In this document: positions 50,761 to 63,469 of the stretch, piece after piece
Numbering within the stretch: the first letter of the stretch is position 1
How the letters are laid out: the number at the start of each line of letters is the position of its first letter
Notes under the pieces: model-generated
Database searches by the model: none
Told to the model about the DNA's origin: nothing
Seen by the model: only the letters and a program-made list of their open reading frames with translations
Assembly (NCBI GenBank): GCA_976551045.1
Contig: CDPCPM010000164.1
Location: 5,766,001-5,830,000, forward strand
Origin: Glaucostegus cemiculus
Lineage: Eukaryota
DNA length: 64,000 nt
Reading direction: 5' to 3'
Translations under genes and position numbers: made by a program

Positions 50761-51339
50761 GATGATGTTCTGTTTTAAATCAAGTATTGTGCTGAGTTAT
50801 TGTCCCTAGAGTTTCATGACTACCGCTGCTCAGTTGACTGGCTTGTCCTTGCATGGTTTGTCTCCCTCCAACTTTTTCAGCAGAAGTGTAGTATTTGTAA
50901 TCCTCCAGCCCTCTGGTTTCTCTCCCATGTGGGCCTTTTCAGTCAAGAACTGTCAATACGATGTGATGTTACATAATATTCAAGGAGGACCAGAAGAAGG
51001 TAGCCAAAGCCTTCACAAGTTCTACACTTTCTTGGAAACCTAGGTTGCTTCCCATCCCAATTGGACAATTGTTCCACTGGGACTCTGTAATATTTCCCCA
51101 TCAAATTTCTCTGCATTGTGACACCAACAGCATTCTTTTCTTCAGTAGACTGACTTAGACTGCTGGCATTTTTCATGTGCCTCAATATTGACTACCAGTT
51201 GTATCAACATTTGCCTCTGCTAACTTTTTGATTGGAGTGCAGTATAATGGTCTGTCAATACTATTACACACGTCAAACCTTTGAACTGGGACTGGGATCT
51301 CGGCAAGAATCCAACAGCTGAAATGGGAGAGGATCAGAT

Positions 51340-51790
51340 AGTTCGACAGATGGTTTAGTTATGAGGAGACACTGGATAGGCTGGCTCTGTTTTCCTTGGA
51401 GCAGAGGAGGCTGGGGGTACCTGATAGAGGTGTACGGAATTATGGGAGGCATAGACAAGGCTAGATAGTAAATAAAAAGTTTCCCCATGGCTGAAGTATC
51501 TAAAACCAGTGGGAATAGGTTTATGGTCACGAGTAAAAGGTTTAGAGGGGATCTGAGGAAGATTGTTTCACCCAGAAGGTGGTTCCAGTTAGGACACACT
51601 ACCTGAGAAGGTGGTGGAGGCAGGTACCCTTACAACATTAAAGAAGCATCTGGACAAATACTTAAATCACCAAGGCACAGCAGGCTACGGTCCAAGTGCT
51701 GGTGAATGGGATTATATACCTTGATGGTGGTCTTGGACCTGGTGGGCTAAAGGACCTGTTTCTGCCCTGTATGATTCTAGGACTCCATGA
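51340..51790 (+). mobile_element. CR1 LINE 3' end
   Basis: tttccttggagcagaggaggctg...gacctgtttctgccctgtatgattcta. Confidence 0.85.
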
Positions 51791-52034
51791 GATAGGTGAA
51801 CATGCGAAATGGTTGGTAACTATCCCTATTTCCATTTGTACAAATGTTAACTCTTCATTGTTCAATTAACCACATCTATGAAGTCCACTTAACATTATTC
51901 TTTTTGGACTGGGGTCTGGATCATCTATATTGGAGTAAAATCTATAATTCAAATAATACTTAATGTGTAAAGTCATTAAGTAGATACACAACGATGGCAC
52001 ATTATCAACTGTAAGGACTGAGAAACTATCTCAG

Positions 52035-52140
52035 GGAGGCTGCGGATGCTGGATGCAGGGTTTTGACCCGAAATGTCGACAATTCCTTTCCTCCCACAAA
52101 TACTGCTTGACCTGCTGAGTTCCTTCAGCAGATTGTTACT
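52035..52140 (+). mobile_element. Penelope pLTR fragment with degenerate hammerhead
   Basis: gatgcagggttttgacccGAAAtgtcgac...cttgacctgctgagttccttcagc. Confidence 0.7.
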
Positions 52141-52379
52141 AACTAGGAAAAAAACTGGTTTAAGTTGTGTTGTCCTTATTCATATTCAGTGGAGTGAAAA
52201 CAGATTTCTCTTAACTGCCTGCTAAATTGTTACCATGACAACATGGGACATCTAATGCATTTTTCACAAGTATCAATGAAAGATATTGAGTATCTGGAGC
52301 GAGATCTTAAAGGGATAAGTAGGTAGTGCTTTATTGAAAGGGTAAACTATTACTTGCAAAGTATGATAAGGTTACTAAC

Positions 52380-52750
52380 TATGTATTGTTGTAAATGAAG
52401 GGTTAATGTTTGTGTTATATGTGAAGACCATGTTATTTTTTGTTATATATGAGGGGTACCAATTATATTTTGTTATATATAAAGAGCATATGCTATGTGT
52501 TTTAACATATGAAAGATATAAACTGTTGTTATAAATGGAGGTTATAACCTACATATTGTTACTTGTGAAAGGTACAGATTGTATGTTATTATATGTGGAG
52601 GCAAGTCATGCCTTGCAAAATATGAAGGGTACAGCTATTTATTTTTGTACAAGAAGGGTGCAAGTTATGAACGTACATGAGAGAAGAAGCTAAGTGATGC
52701 TATATAAGTAGAGGAAAGAGATGTATTGCTATATATAAAGGCAACATTAG
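52380..52750. repeat. Degenerate ~30-bp minisatellite, about 12 units
   Basis: Recurrent core TGTTATATATGAAGGGT, e.g. tgttatatatgaggggtaccaattatattt and tgttatatataaagagcatatgctatgtgt. Confidence 0.7.
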
Positions 52751-53084
52751 AGTTGTATTTTCTTTCTTACAGAATTAAAATAGATCAAGCCAGTTAAAGA
52801 TTTATTTTGACTTAATTTAAATATGTTTATTTTAAGGACTCAATATATGCTATTAAATTATTCTAGTCTATTGTAGTCCATCTCATTCTATTCTATCCCC
52901 CTCCCCCACAGCATCCAGCTGTGTTGTTGTGGATTTGGGAACAATCTGATTGCCTGAATGAAATTTAATGTCAGGCTGTAGGGAGTTTTAGCCGTTGGCT
53001 GGCAGCCATGGTGATTGGATTAAGCAGGCTCCATTCCACTCCTTCAGGCAGGAGCTCATTGCCCAGACAAAATCTGATACGATA

Positions 53085-53900
53085 AATAAAACCCTGCAGA
53101 TGCTGGAAATCTAAAATATAAACAGAAAATGCTGGAAATACTCAGTAGGTCAGGCCACATCTTCGGGGAAGAGAACAGAGTTAACGTATCAGGTCAAAGA
53201 CCCTTGGTCACAATTTGGAAGGAAACTTGTAAACTGCAGGGTGGATAGGAGAGAGAGAGTGTCTCTGATAGGACAGGACTGGGGTGACCATGGGGATATG
53301 CTGTAAACAAGGTTGTCTGGCCAGCGAGTGAATGGGAGCAGCTAGAGAGTGAGACCACAGACAGAAGTATGTAGGAGCTACAAAAATGGAGACCAGGAAG
53401 ACACGCCTGGCAGGTCGGGGTGTTACAATGAGCCCCAATGCAAGCTTGAGGAACAGCACCTCATGTTCCCTCTGGGCACATTGTGACTTTCTGGACCCAG
53501 TGATGAACTCCACAACTTCAGGGATTTAATTTCTCGTTCTATGTCAGCTGACCATCTGTGACATTGGCTCAACTTGTTTGTATTTTTTTCCTTCCTTCCT
53601 TTTCTTACTCTCCCCCTCAGTGGAGGGCATTCCCAGCCTGACCTGCCAGGCATGTCTTCTTGCTCTGCATTTTGTCTATGTTTTCCCTCTCTGACTGTTC
53701 CCATTCACTCATTGGTCAGAGCTCCTTGTATGCAGCATATCCCCATGGTCACCCCGGCTTTACCCATTCAGAGACACCCTCCCTGCAGCTCAACAAACTT
53801 CTCTGATGAAGGGTCTGTGGTCTGAACCACTGAGTCTGTTTCTCTTCCCACAGATGTGACCTGCTGAGTATTTCCAGCATTTTCTGTTTTTTATTTTAAA
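53085..53900 (+). mobile_element. Truncated Penelope-like element: inverted pLTR, GIY-YIG C-terminus, direct pLTR
   Basis: ~300-bp inverted arms (~53110-53420 / ~53630-53895); centre CKLEEQHLMFPLGTL; ctgatgaagggtc at ~53803. Confidence 0.85.
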
Positions 53901-54674
53901 CACCAATATGAGTTGATTTGAAGGTAGGTTCCAGCTGGAAGGAATACCATCCAGTCCATATAATGTGTCTACTTCTAATGACTAAAAATATCCTTCAGTA
54001 ACTTATACATCTGAAACAAATATGACTGTCTCCTTAAAATATTTTATTTCTTCCCTAACTACTTAACTCAAAACAAATGTTTGTCTACCATTCATGAAGT
54101 TATGGGTGATGCAGGTGTATATATAGTACTGAGTGAAGGCTGTATTTAGTGCAAAAGCTGTGGCTGGGACAGCAATTTATGTACTTGTTGTCATGGGGAT
54201 CTGTGTCTAGCTTCTCCCCTTCTGCTAGATGTATCTGTACAAACTGGTGTTGAGCAAAGTCAGGGGGCACTCAATTTAGACATTCTAATCAGGGCCTTTT
54301 TGCTTCCCCTGCTGTAGATTCAAAATTTGCATGGAACTGCTCCTGTTAATGTAGGTTATTCAGACTTCTCTAAGCTGCTCTCTACTGCATTTCCACTTCA
54401 TGCCACAGTATTTTTTAATGTAGAAGTATATTTGAATTCCAATGCAGATATTTAATCCTGGATTACTGGTTACATAAAATGGTCTCATATTGCATGTCTG
54501 CAATTTGCTGCCATTGGCAAGTTTCTGTGGTGATGATATTATAAGCTATACATTTACAGCTGGATTAATGTTAAAACACTGGACAGGCATTCACCTAATG
54601 GGTGTATTTGTATTCACAGCTAATAACATTCAATAATAACTTCAAGCCATGTTTAATGTCAGTATCTTGGATGA

Positions 54675-54990
54675 ATCAGAATCGGATTTATTATCACTGA
54701 CATATGTCATGAATTTGTTGTTTTCCAGCAACAGTACAGTGCAAGACTTAAAGGCATAAAAATTACCATAAGTTACAAAATAGTGCAAGAGAGGAATAAC
54801 GAGGTAGTGTTCATGGGTTCATGAACCGTGCAGAAATCTGATGGCGGAGGGGAAGAAGCTGTTCTTGAAATGCTGAGTGTAAGTCTTCAAGCTCCTGTAC
54901 TTACTCCCTGATGGTAGTAACGTGAGGAATGTATGTCATGGGTGGTTAGGGTCCTTAATGATGCCACTTTCTTGAGGCACCGCCTCTCTT
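54675..54990 (-). mobile_element. Rex1/Babar LINE 3' end
   Basis: gaatcagaatcggatttattatcactgac...gggaagaagctgttcttgaa...tcaagctcctgtacttactccctgatgg. Confidence 0.8.
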
Positions 54991-55219
54991 GAATAGAATA
55001 GGATAGAAGAACATTCAAAAGAGGAGCAGCTTTTCCACTTAACATTGCCTTAATTCAGTGCTGTATAAATGCATGTATGGCCTGTAATTTCATGGACAGT
55101 AGTTAAACATTTGTGAGTTTAAAAAAGTTAGGAAAGAAATAAAATATATTTGTTTTAGATGTGCAAATTACTGAAAGATATACTCATTCTTTAAAAGCAC
55201 ACATATTACATGAACCATA

Positions 55220-56020
55220 GCATTCCTTCCAACTAGAACCTGCATTTAAATCTGCTCCACCTTTCACCAGGATCATTGCTGATCTACTTCAGTGCCATTT
55301 TCCTGCACAACCCTCATTTCTCTTGTTTTCCTTAATATAGAGTCAAAGAGAGATACAGCCCCTTCAGCCCACCGAGTCTGCACCGACCATTTTTACCCTA
55401 ATCCTACATTAACCCATTTTATTTTCCCCACATTCCCATCAATTTCCCTCCGAGTTAACCACTTGTATTTATTTGTACCATGTACACTGCTTACCCTGTG
55501 AGCTTCATGGGAACAAAGAACTTCATTGCACAGTAAATGAATATGAGAGTAAACTAATCTGAATCATTTACACAGTCAGGCATTTTACATTGTCCAATTA
55601 ACCTAGCAATCTGCACTTTTTTAGGATGTGGGAGGAAACCAGAGCACTCGGAGGAAACTCACATGGTCACATGGAGAATGTACAAACTCCACACATGGCA
55701 TCAGAATTGAACTTGGGTCAAAATTGAACTTGGGTCACTGGAGCTGTGCTGCTCTTAATATCCAGAAGTCCTTTAATCTCTGTTTTCAGTAAACCCAATG
55801 AATGAGCCTACACAGTCCTTCAGAACAGAGAATTCCAAACATTCATCACCATCTCCATGAAGGAATTTCTCCAACTCAGTCCTAATTGGCCCACACTCTG
55901 CGACTGTGACTCCTGGGTCTAGCCTGGAGAAAGATCCTCTCTGCATCCAGCTTGTCGAGCCCCATAAGAATTCTGTGTGTTACAATGAGATGCCCTCTCA
56001 TTCTTTGAAACTCTAAAAGA
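55220..56020 (-). mobile_element. Triple nest: CR1 host, HE1-like SINE (~55338-55750), Rex1-like tail (~55460-55565, +)
   Basis: ggatgtgggaggaaaccagagcactcggaggaaactcac is the V domain on the minus strand; flanks align to a CR1 3' end. Confidence 0.65.
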
Positions 56021-56729
56021 ATATCAGCGTTTTCCTTCACAACTTTCAAGCAGCTTTTTGGAACTTGTGCACAAGTGTGTGAGAATGAGGATGCCTTGAA
56101 CTTCCTGACAGATGCTTACAGGCAGCTTCCTGGCTGCAATCCCATAACAGTGTTCAGTTCAGCAATTAGGCTAGAAAATCTGTCCACTGACCCTGGGTTA
56201 GATCAAACATGGCACAGGTTCAGTGTCTCTGTTCATTTGAATGGAAAAGAACAGTTGTGGGGGAGAAAAGTAAGGTTCAGGTAATTAACATACTTTTGAT
56301 TAGTTGAACTAAATGCATATAATTGTTTTAACTTGGTTTTAGGTGCTTTGAAATAGCTTAAATTTAAATATTTTTTATAATGTTTTATTTAATAGCGTGA
56401 CTAATTTTGACCAGTTTTAGTATTATTTTTCAGAGATTGAAACAGCCACAAATTTTGTCAGCTGTCTCCACCATTTAAACCTGTGGGTAGGAGAAAGGGG
56501 ACTTGGTGGCTTAACTTGTTGTCAAAGTAATTCTGTGGCAGTGCTTGTTCTGATCCTGCCATGTGACACCATTCACAGTAGAGCAGAAGGGAGGAAGATT
56601 TGCTCAGGGGAGGTGGAAACCTAATATGCCATCTGCCAGGGAATTCTGGACAAATCCCTAAAGAGTAAGGAAGCACTTCCTGAAGTTTACTTCAATGTAG
56701 AAAAGTATAATTAGCACATGAAACTAAAG

Positions 56730-57270
56730 ATAAAAACCTGCCGATGGTGGAAATCTGAAATAAAAATGTTGGAACCACACAGCAGGTCGGGCCTGCATCT
56801 GTGGAAAGAGAGACAAAGTTAACGCTTCAAGTCAGAGAACCTTTGTCAGAAATTAGCACACAACTGATTCAAACATCGAATTTTTAAAAATAAAATTAAA
56901 AAGCTGCAGATGCTAGAAACCTGAAACAAAAACAGAAAATGCTGGAAACACAACAGCTGGCAAAAGGGAAAATGGGTACAACAATGTAAATATCTCTAAT
57001 AGGGTGAGACCAAATGACCTCATGACACAGATACGTAGCAGTTAAGATCAAACTAAGCTTCAATGTCTGTGTAATGTGTAGCTAATAGTAAGGTTGCAGG
57101 ACATGCTCAGGGCACCAGATTATACAAACAAAGAAAAACTGAGCCAAAATAATAACAAGCAGAAATGGCCATTTCTAATACAGATAGAAAGAAAGAATGA
57201 GTTACTTAATGTTGGAGAATTTGATATTGAGTTCTGAAAGCTTCAATGTACCCAGACAGAAGATGAGTCT
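56730..57270 (-). mobile_element. Penelope 3' end with tandem partial pLTRs
   Basis: Minus-strand LIFCLGTLKLSELNIKFSNIK* at ~57200-57268; pLTR blocks at 56735-56850 and 56900-56960. Confidence 0.65.
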
Positions 57271-57319
57271 GTGGAAAGTAAATCTTTCTGCTTTATCAGG
57301 ATCATGGCAGAGTTATCTT

Positions 57320-58350
57320 AAAGAAAGACTAGCTTTTCTAAAGTGCCCTTCCTAGTGATGGGTATTTCAATGAACTGTGCAGACAATTAAGTGGTTGTTG
57401 AAGTTATAATCACAGTTGTGTTGCAGGAAAAACAGCAGCCAAACTGCATGCAGCAAGCTTGCATGAACAAGAATGGGTTGAATTTCACTGATCTCTAGAG
57501 AAGGAACACTGGCAGCTACAGTGATTATGTTAACACATTCCAGACTTCCATGCCTGCCTATTAGAAGTCAGGTGCCAGTTCATCTGAGCTCCTGACATGC
57601 CCTTGGACTCACCACGGAGTCCAGCAGTGGTCCTGTAATGTACCAAGCAGAGGGATCAGATCCACTTCCTACCTGGCCCCTCAACCTTACATCAGGCATA
57701 GAAAGTGGATCTAATCTGGCCTGTTCATTTGAATTGGGTCACTGAAACACACTAAAACAAAATAAATGAAGACTAGTGCTTTTTACAAAAATATATTTTA
57801 ATCACCATTAATGATTTTTAGTTATCTTACATTAGTTAAATATGGCTTTTAAATGGTTTTATTTTTTAAATTATTTAAATAAATTGCAACTGTTTCCAAA
57901 TGTGTTTGATTATCAGAGTCATTTGAAAATAGTGCTGTCACACAGCCTTCAGAGTGCATCCATGGACTGTCCCTGGGTTCCCACTGCCTGTCCCTTAGTT
58001 CCTCAGCTTGTTGCTTGCTTGGCACCCTGATACCCCATCTCCTTACGGAATGGCCCCAGCAACAAAGTTGTGAGCAACGGGGAGCCACGGAGCTGCCAAT
58101 GGTAAGTGAAACGGCAGGAGGTGGATCTGGCCAGATCCTGTGTGGTTCAGCCGAGTGCAATCATGATCAGATACTCAGATTTTAGGGATGTTGATGGAGA
58201 GGTAAATATTGTCCATAACATCGAAGAGAGCCTTTCTGCTTTTCTTCAAACCAGTGCCTTCAGTCTTTTACATTCATTTGATAGGCCACCTGTCCATCAG
58301 TGCAGTAGTTGGTGTGCTGTAACCTGCAGCACAAGAGCTGGGAAGTGAGA
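57320..58350 (-). mobile_element. Deu-domain SINE split by a ~680-bp insertion (57475-58152) with short terminal inverted repeats
   Basis: SINE sequence stops at gcagcaagcttgcatgaacaagaat and resumes at gcaatcatgatcagata...gatgttgatggagaggtaaatattg; insert ends gggttgaat / gttcagcc. Confidence 0.5.
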
Positions 58351-59012
58351 TTAACTTAAACAGGTCTTCCTTTTGCTGCCACAGACACAATGGGCCAAAT
58401 GGCCCCCCTGCATCTTCAATATGTTTGATTGAGGAAATTGACTTTGACTTCAAAATGACTGAATGCAAATACAACCAGTTGAGGAATCATCGTTGTTGGA
58501 TGCCATCAGTTCTCCTCAGTCCTCCTGACAGAGGACAGTTACTTGAAAACCAAAGAGACTAGGTAGGACTGACTGGGGCATGGTTTCCTTTGGTGATCAA
58601 GGATTGACTTTGAAGATTATTGATGAGGATTGGCCATCTTGAAAGGCCTTTTTCTTTAAGCATTTACACATTTTGTGATGGGTGCTATGGGAATGCACTG
58701 AATGTAATAAATACAAGCAGATCCATCCACTCATCTTGTTCGTTTGTAGACCATGTCATTAATGTTTCATCTTCCCTTTTGTAACCTCCTTGGTCTCTGG
58801 TAAAATACTTTGTCTCATACTATGCAGAATCCTTTGACCTTCCATAGGTTTAATCACATTTTCTATTACTTTTAAAATGTTTCTGATGTTAGTGGACATT
58901 TAAAAATAGTTCAGAGGGATTTAAATAATTTTTAGAAACGTAAACACAATTCAAATACAAAACATTGAAGCACGTAATTAGAAATAGATGTGAATGCCAG
59001 AATTAATTAAAA

Positions 59013-59350
59013 TTATAGAATGTTATAGCACAGAAACAGGCCTTTGGCCTACCACATTGTTACCATCCATGTTGCAACCTATGCTAGACCCATTTGCCCG
59101 CATTAGGCCTATATCTCTCTGCCTTTCCTATCTAAGCACCTGTCCAAATACCCTTTAAATGGCATAATTGTAGCTGCCTTTACCACCTCCTCTGGCAGCT
59201 CGCTTCAGATAACCATCACCCTGTGTGGAAAAACTTATTCCCTGCATCTCCTTTAAATTTCTCTCGGTGCCCTCTGGTCCTAGACTGCCCTGGGGAAAAT
59301 AAAATGTAGTTTGCCGACCAGAGCATTAAACAATACTCCAAGTGCGGTCT
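59013..59350 (-). mobile_element. CR1 LINE 3' end
   Basis: atagaatgttatagcacagaaacaggcctttggcc...accacctcctctggcagctc. Confidence 0.8.
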
Positions 59351-59469
59351 AATGTTAGTATAAAACAAAATTCTGCATATCTTTACCTGCACTTACCTTT
59401 CCGATCAGGTTGGATGACCCCGTTTGAATGAATGGGGCCATGATACTTAGTTGTGGGATTGAATGCAAA

Positions 59470-59970
59470 GTGTCAAGTTGAGTTTATTGTCACGTGCACA
59501 AGTACGGTGAGGTACAGGTACAATGAAAAACTGGCTTGCAGCAGCATCACAGGCACGTAGGTTCAGACAACACACAACACAAATTATACATAAAATATAC
59601 ATAAATTATATGAGAGTGAAGAGACAAAAAGGACTGTGCAAAACAATGCAATGGTGCAAAAAAACCCCACAATCAGAGACAAAGACACAAGAGAGTCTGC
59701 AGATGCTGGAATCTGGAGCAACATACACAAAATGCTGGAGGAACTCAGCAGGTCAGGCAGCATCTATGGAGGGAAATAAACATTTCGGGTCGAGAATCTT
59801 CATCAGGACAATCAGAGACAAGTCCATGGTAGTGCAAGAGGTGGTCCGTAGTGTTCCATTGCTGAGGTAGGATTAGGTTTGTACAGGTCGGTTCAAGGTC
59901 TTGATGGTTGTAGGAAAGTAGCAGCTCCTGAACCTGGTGGTGTTGGACTTCAGGGTCTGGTACCTGTATG
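59470..59970 (-). mobile_element. Rex1/Babar LINE 3' end hosting a pLTR insertion
   Basis: gagtttattgtcacgtgcacaagtac...gtaggaaagtagcagctcctgaacctggtggtgttggacttcagg. Confidence 0.8.
59683..59807 (-). mobile_element. 125-bp hammerhead-initiated pLTR unit with 14-bp TSD
   Basis: acaatcagagacaa at 59669-59682 and 59808-59821; the minus strand starts cCTGATGAagattctcgacccGAAA. Confidence 0.85.
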
Positions 59971-60249
59971 CAGCTTCTGACCTCAGCACATTTACACTGT
60001 GCCTGTGCACTCAGCATTGTGTCCAGTGGTGGAACAGGAGGCCAGATCTGCCAGCACCCAACCATCAGTTTATCTCCTGCAATGTGCAGCTGGAAGACTA
60101 AGATGAGCTCACCCATGAAGAGCATCTCGCCAATGGACTTCCACTGAAGCACAGCAAAGGAAATGATTCAGGCCCATATTGACCTTCATTCTATGCTCTT
60201 TCAAATTCTTAAGTATTAAACTGCAGTTTTGGAATCATAACTCAAGCAA

Positions 60250-61010
60250 TTAGGAAGTAAATGGCACATGTGCTTTTATTGCAAGCCTGGGGTGCAGAGG
60301 TGAGAACATTTTGTTTACAGAGCTTTGCTGTAACCACATCTGGAGTACTGTGTGCAGTTGTGGTCTCCATTCTTAAGGAAGGAAGTACTTACCTTGGCAG
60401 CAGTGCAGCTTAGGTTATTGAACTGATAGCTGGATTGAGGACTTTAAACCTGAATTCACTAGACTTCTGCATCTCACTGAAACTTATAAGAGGTGGAGGG
60501 GCTCGACAGGCTAGATGCTGAGAGTCTGGCAGGAGAGTCCAGAACTACAAGACATAATGACAGGATTAGAACTTTCAAAATTTAAGACAAAATTATATTT
60601 AAAAAATTCTTTATTCTTTACAATGTTTTCATCCAGTGGGTGGTCTGTATATGGGATGAGCTGCCAGAGGAAGTGGTTGCGGCAGGTACATTAACAACAT
60701 TTAAAAGGTACTTGTACGGGTACATGGACAGGAAAGGTTTAGAGGGACATAGGTTAAACACAGACAAATGGGACTGACTTAGATGGGCATCTTGGATGGC
60801 ATGGATTGGTTGGGCTGAAGGGCCTGTTTCTGTGATGTATGACTCTATGACTAGAAGGCTATGGACTTCTGTCATTTGGTATATTCAGAACTGTGCCTGA
60901 TAGATTTGTGGGCACCAAGGTGATTGGGTTGTTTTCTGAACTTAAGGTGGATGATCAGCTATTATCTTACTGAACAGGCTTAAAAATGGCTCTTGCTGTT
61001 ATTTCTTATG
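60250..61010 (+). mobile_element. Old CR1 with a younger CR1 3' end (~60620-60852) inside
   Basis: ccacatctggagtactgtgtgcagttgtggtctcc; second tail gggctgaagggcctgtttctgtgatgtatgactctatgact. Confidence 0.75.
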
Positions 61011-61483
61011 GTTAATTTGACATAGCCTACTCAATGCTGGAAAGGTAGTTAATCATTAATCTGACAGTTTCCTGTCTCAGTATCTTCTCTTATTCACTCC
61101 TGGTGGATTGTTGGTTATTTAAAGTAACAAAAATACTTGATATGTAAAAGAAGTTACAGTGTGCAAAGTACTACTCAGTACATGCACAGATAATAGTAGG
61201 TCACAAGGTAGCATTCTTACATGTTATATTATCCACTTACATAATCCACATACATCACATGCCCATTTTATATTCTGCATCATTTTTCTTTCCATTGTAG
61301 TCAGCCAGTGGGAAGTAGAACCAAAACCTTTGCTTAGTGGTTAACTACCCTACCAATGTATTCCAAAGATACCCAGCTTCACGCTGTCTGATTCAAATCC
61401 ACCCAGGACGTTCCAGATGAATGGAGACTGGAGCTCCAACACTGAGTTCTCAAGGAATATCCATGAGGAAGTTCTTGTTAGGG

Positions 61484-62362
61484 TCATAGAGTACTACAGC
61501 ACAGAAACAGGCCCTTCGGCCCATCTAATCCATGCCGACCTGATCTGCTTAGTCCGATCTACCTACACCTGGACCATATCCCTCCAAACCCCTCCTAGTC
61601 ATGTAGCTATCCAAACTTCTCTTAAATGTTACAATTGAACCTGTATCTACCACCCATGCTGGCAGCTCATTCCACACTTGCACCACCCTCTGAGTGAAGA
61701 AGTTCCCCCTTCTATCCCTCTTAAATATTTCACCTTTCACCCTAAACATAAGTCCTGTAGTTCTAGTCTCACCCAACCTTAGGGGAAAAAGCCCGTATGC
61801 ATTCACCCTATTGATACCCCTCATAATTCTGTATACCTCTGTAAAACTCCCCTCATTCTCCTGCGTTCCAGGGAATAAACTCCTAGCCTATTCAACCTTT
61901 CCCTATAACTCAGGTCCTCAAGTCCTGACAACATCCTGGTAAATTTTTTCTGCACTCTTTTAAGCTTATTGATATCTTTCCTGTAGGTAGATGACCAGAA
62001 CTGCACACAATGCTCTAAATTTGGCCTCACTAATGTGTTGTACAACTTCAAGATAACATCCCAACTCCTGTACTCAGTGCCCTGATTTATGAAGGCCAAA
62101 GTGCCAAAAGCTCTCTTTACAACCCTACCTACCTGTGATGCCACTTTCAAGGAACTATGGACCTGTATTCCCAGGTCCCTCTGTTCTACCACACACGTCA
62201 GAACCCTACCATTCACTATGTAAATCCTACCCTGGTTTGTCCTCCCAAAGTGCATCACCTCACACTTGTCTGTATTAAATTCCATCAGCCATTTCTCAGC
62301 CCATTTTCCTAGCTGGTCAAGATCACGTTGCAAGCTTTGATAGCCTTCCTCGTTGTCCACTA
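61484..62362 (-). mobile_element. 5'-truncated CR1 LINE
   Basis: Minus ORF LQRDLDQLGKWAEKWLMEFNTDKCEVMHFG...LVRPNLEHCVQFWS. Confidence 0.95.
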
Positions 62363-63469
62363 TGTCTTCAAGTGTTCTGCCATATAAGATGACCACTCCA
62401 TGGGGTGATAAGTAGGTGCCCCAGAAGGAGTGTCTCTGTTATAATTTATCAGCCTGTTAAATGAATCCATCCACCACCTCTGAGGAAAGAGTGTGAAAAT
62501 CTTCTGAAACAAAAAGGAAGTGATAACAGGCTGCTGTAAATCTGATCTGAGTCTGTCAGTTTCCTGCTGTGTTGGTTTGGCTAAAATTATCCCCATTACA
62601 TTTCACAGTGTAGAATGAGGCTGTTCTGACTGCCTCTCATGCTTGTGTTGGCTTTCTGAAGCCCTACCTGATTAGTTCAGTTTCCCCCCTCTATCATTGT
62701 AATTTCTCATTGTAATTTATGGGATTTGCTTTCCTCAATGAGTTCCAAATCCCAGTAACCCAATGCATCAGAAATATAGTCCCCTAATTTTTCCTTTTGT
62801 TCTTTAGGTAATAAAATTAAATATAACTTCTAATACTAGCAGGTGTCATGTAAAGCACAAGCTCTGTCTTGTGGAGCTTAAACATAAGCCATGACGTTTA
62901 TGGCTGGCTGATTAACGGTAGTTAACATGAAGCATATCAGTTCCAGAGAAGTGATGTGGCCTGGACAGATGGTGTTCAAACAAGGATGTTTTGTACCTCA
63001 ATTCACATCATAATGTAGATTGGACTGAAGTGCAGTGACAATATAGCCCATGCACTGACCATATTGACTCACAGAAGTCTAGTGGGCCTTGGAAACCATG
63101 ATTGATGAATGATGGGGGATTGGGTATGTAGAGCATGGGCTTCATGAATAGTTTGGTGGGATCAGGTAGGTATATGCCAGGCCTTGAGTATTGTTGGGTT
63201 TGGGAGGCTGGTAGTGTTTGGGAGTGTTGTAAGAAGGGTACTAGGAGGTCAGTGACAAGATCGGGGAGAATTTGGAGGAGGTGACAATATGCTGGAGTTG
63301 GGAACTCGTAGAGGGGTCAGAGATCTTGTGATCCAGAGCAGCCGTGACTATGACAAGCTATAATTTTTGTTTTGACTTGTATGTCTTTCAATACCAGTGT
63401 GTTTGGTGATAATTAACACCAGCACTCCCAGCCCTGAACAAACCAAAGATCCAGCAAGAACCAGCTCAT

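Noticed and set aside
52380-52750. CRISPR-like repeat/spacer appearance
   Set aside because: Repeats are degenerate, linkers are only ~12 nt and related to one another, there are no cas genes, and the context is vertebrate
61821-62396. 191-aa ORF as a functional gene
   Set aside because: Truncated CR1 ORF2, frameshifted at ~61850 and lacking the RT core
62950-63330. Possible ancient Penelope GIY-YIG remnant on the minus strand
   Set aside because: Similarity is too weak to support by eye
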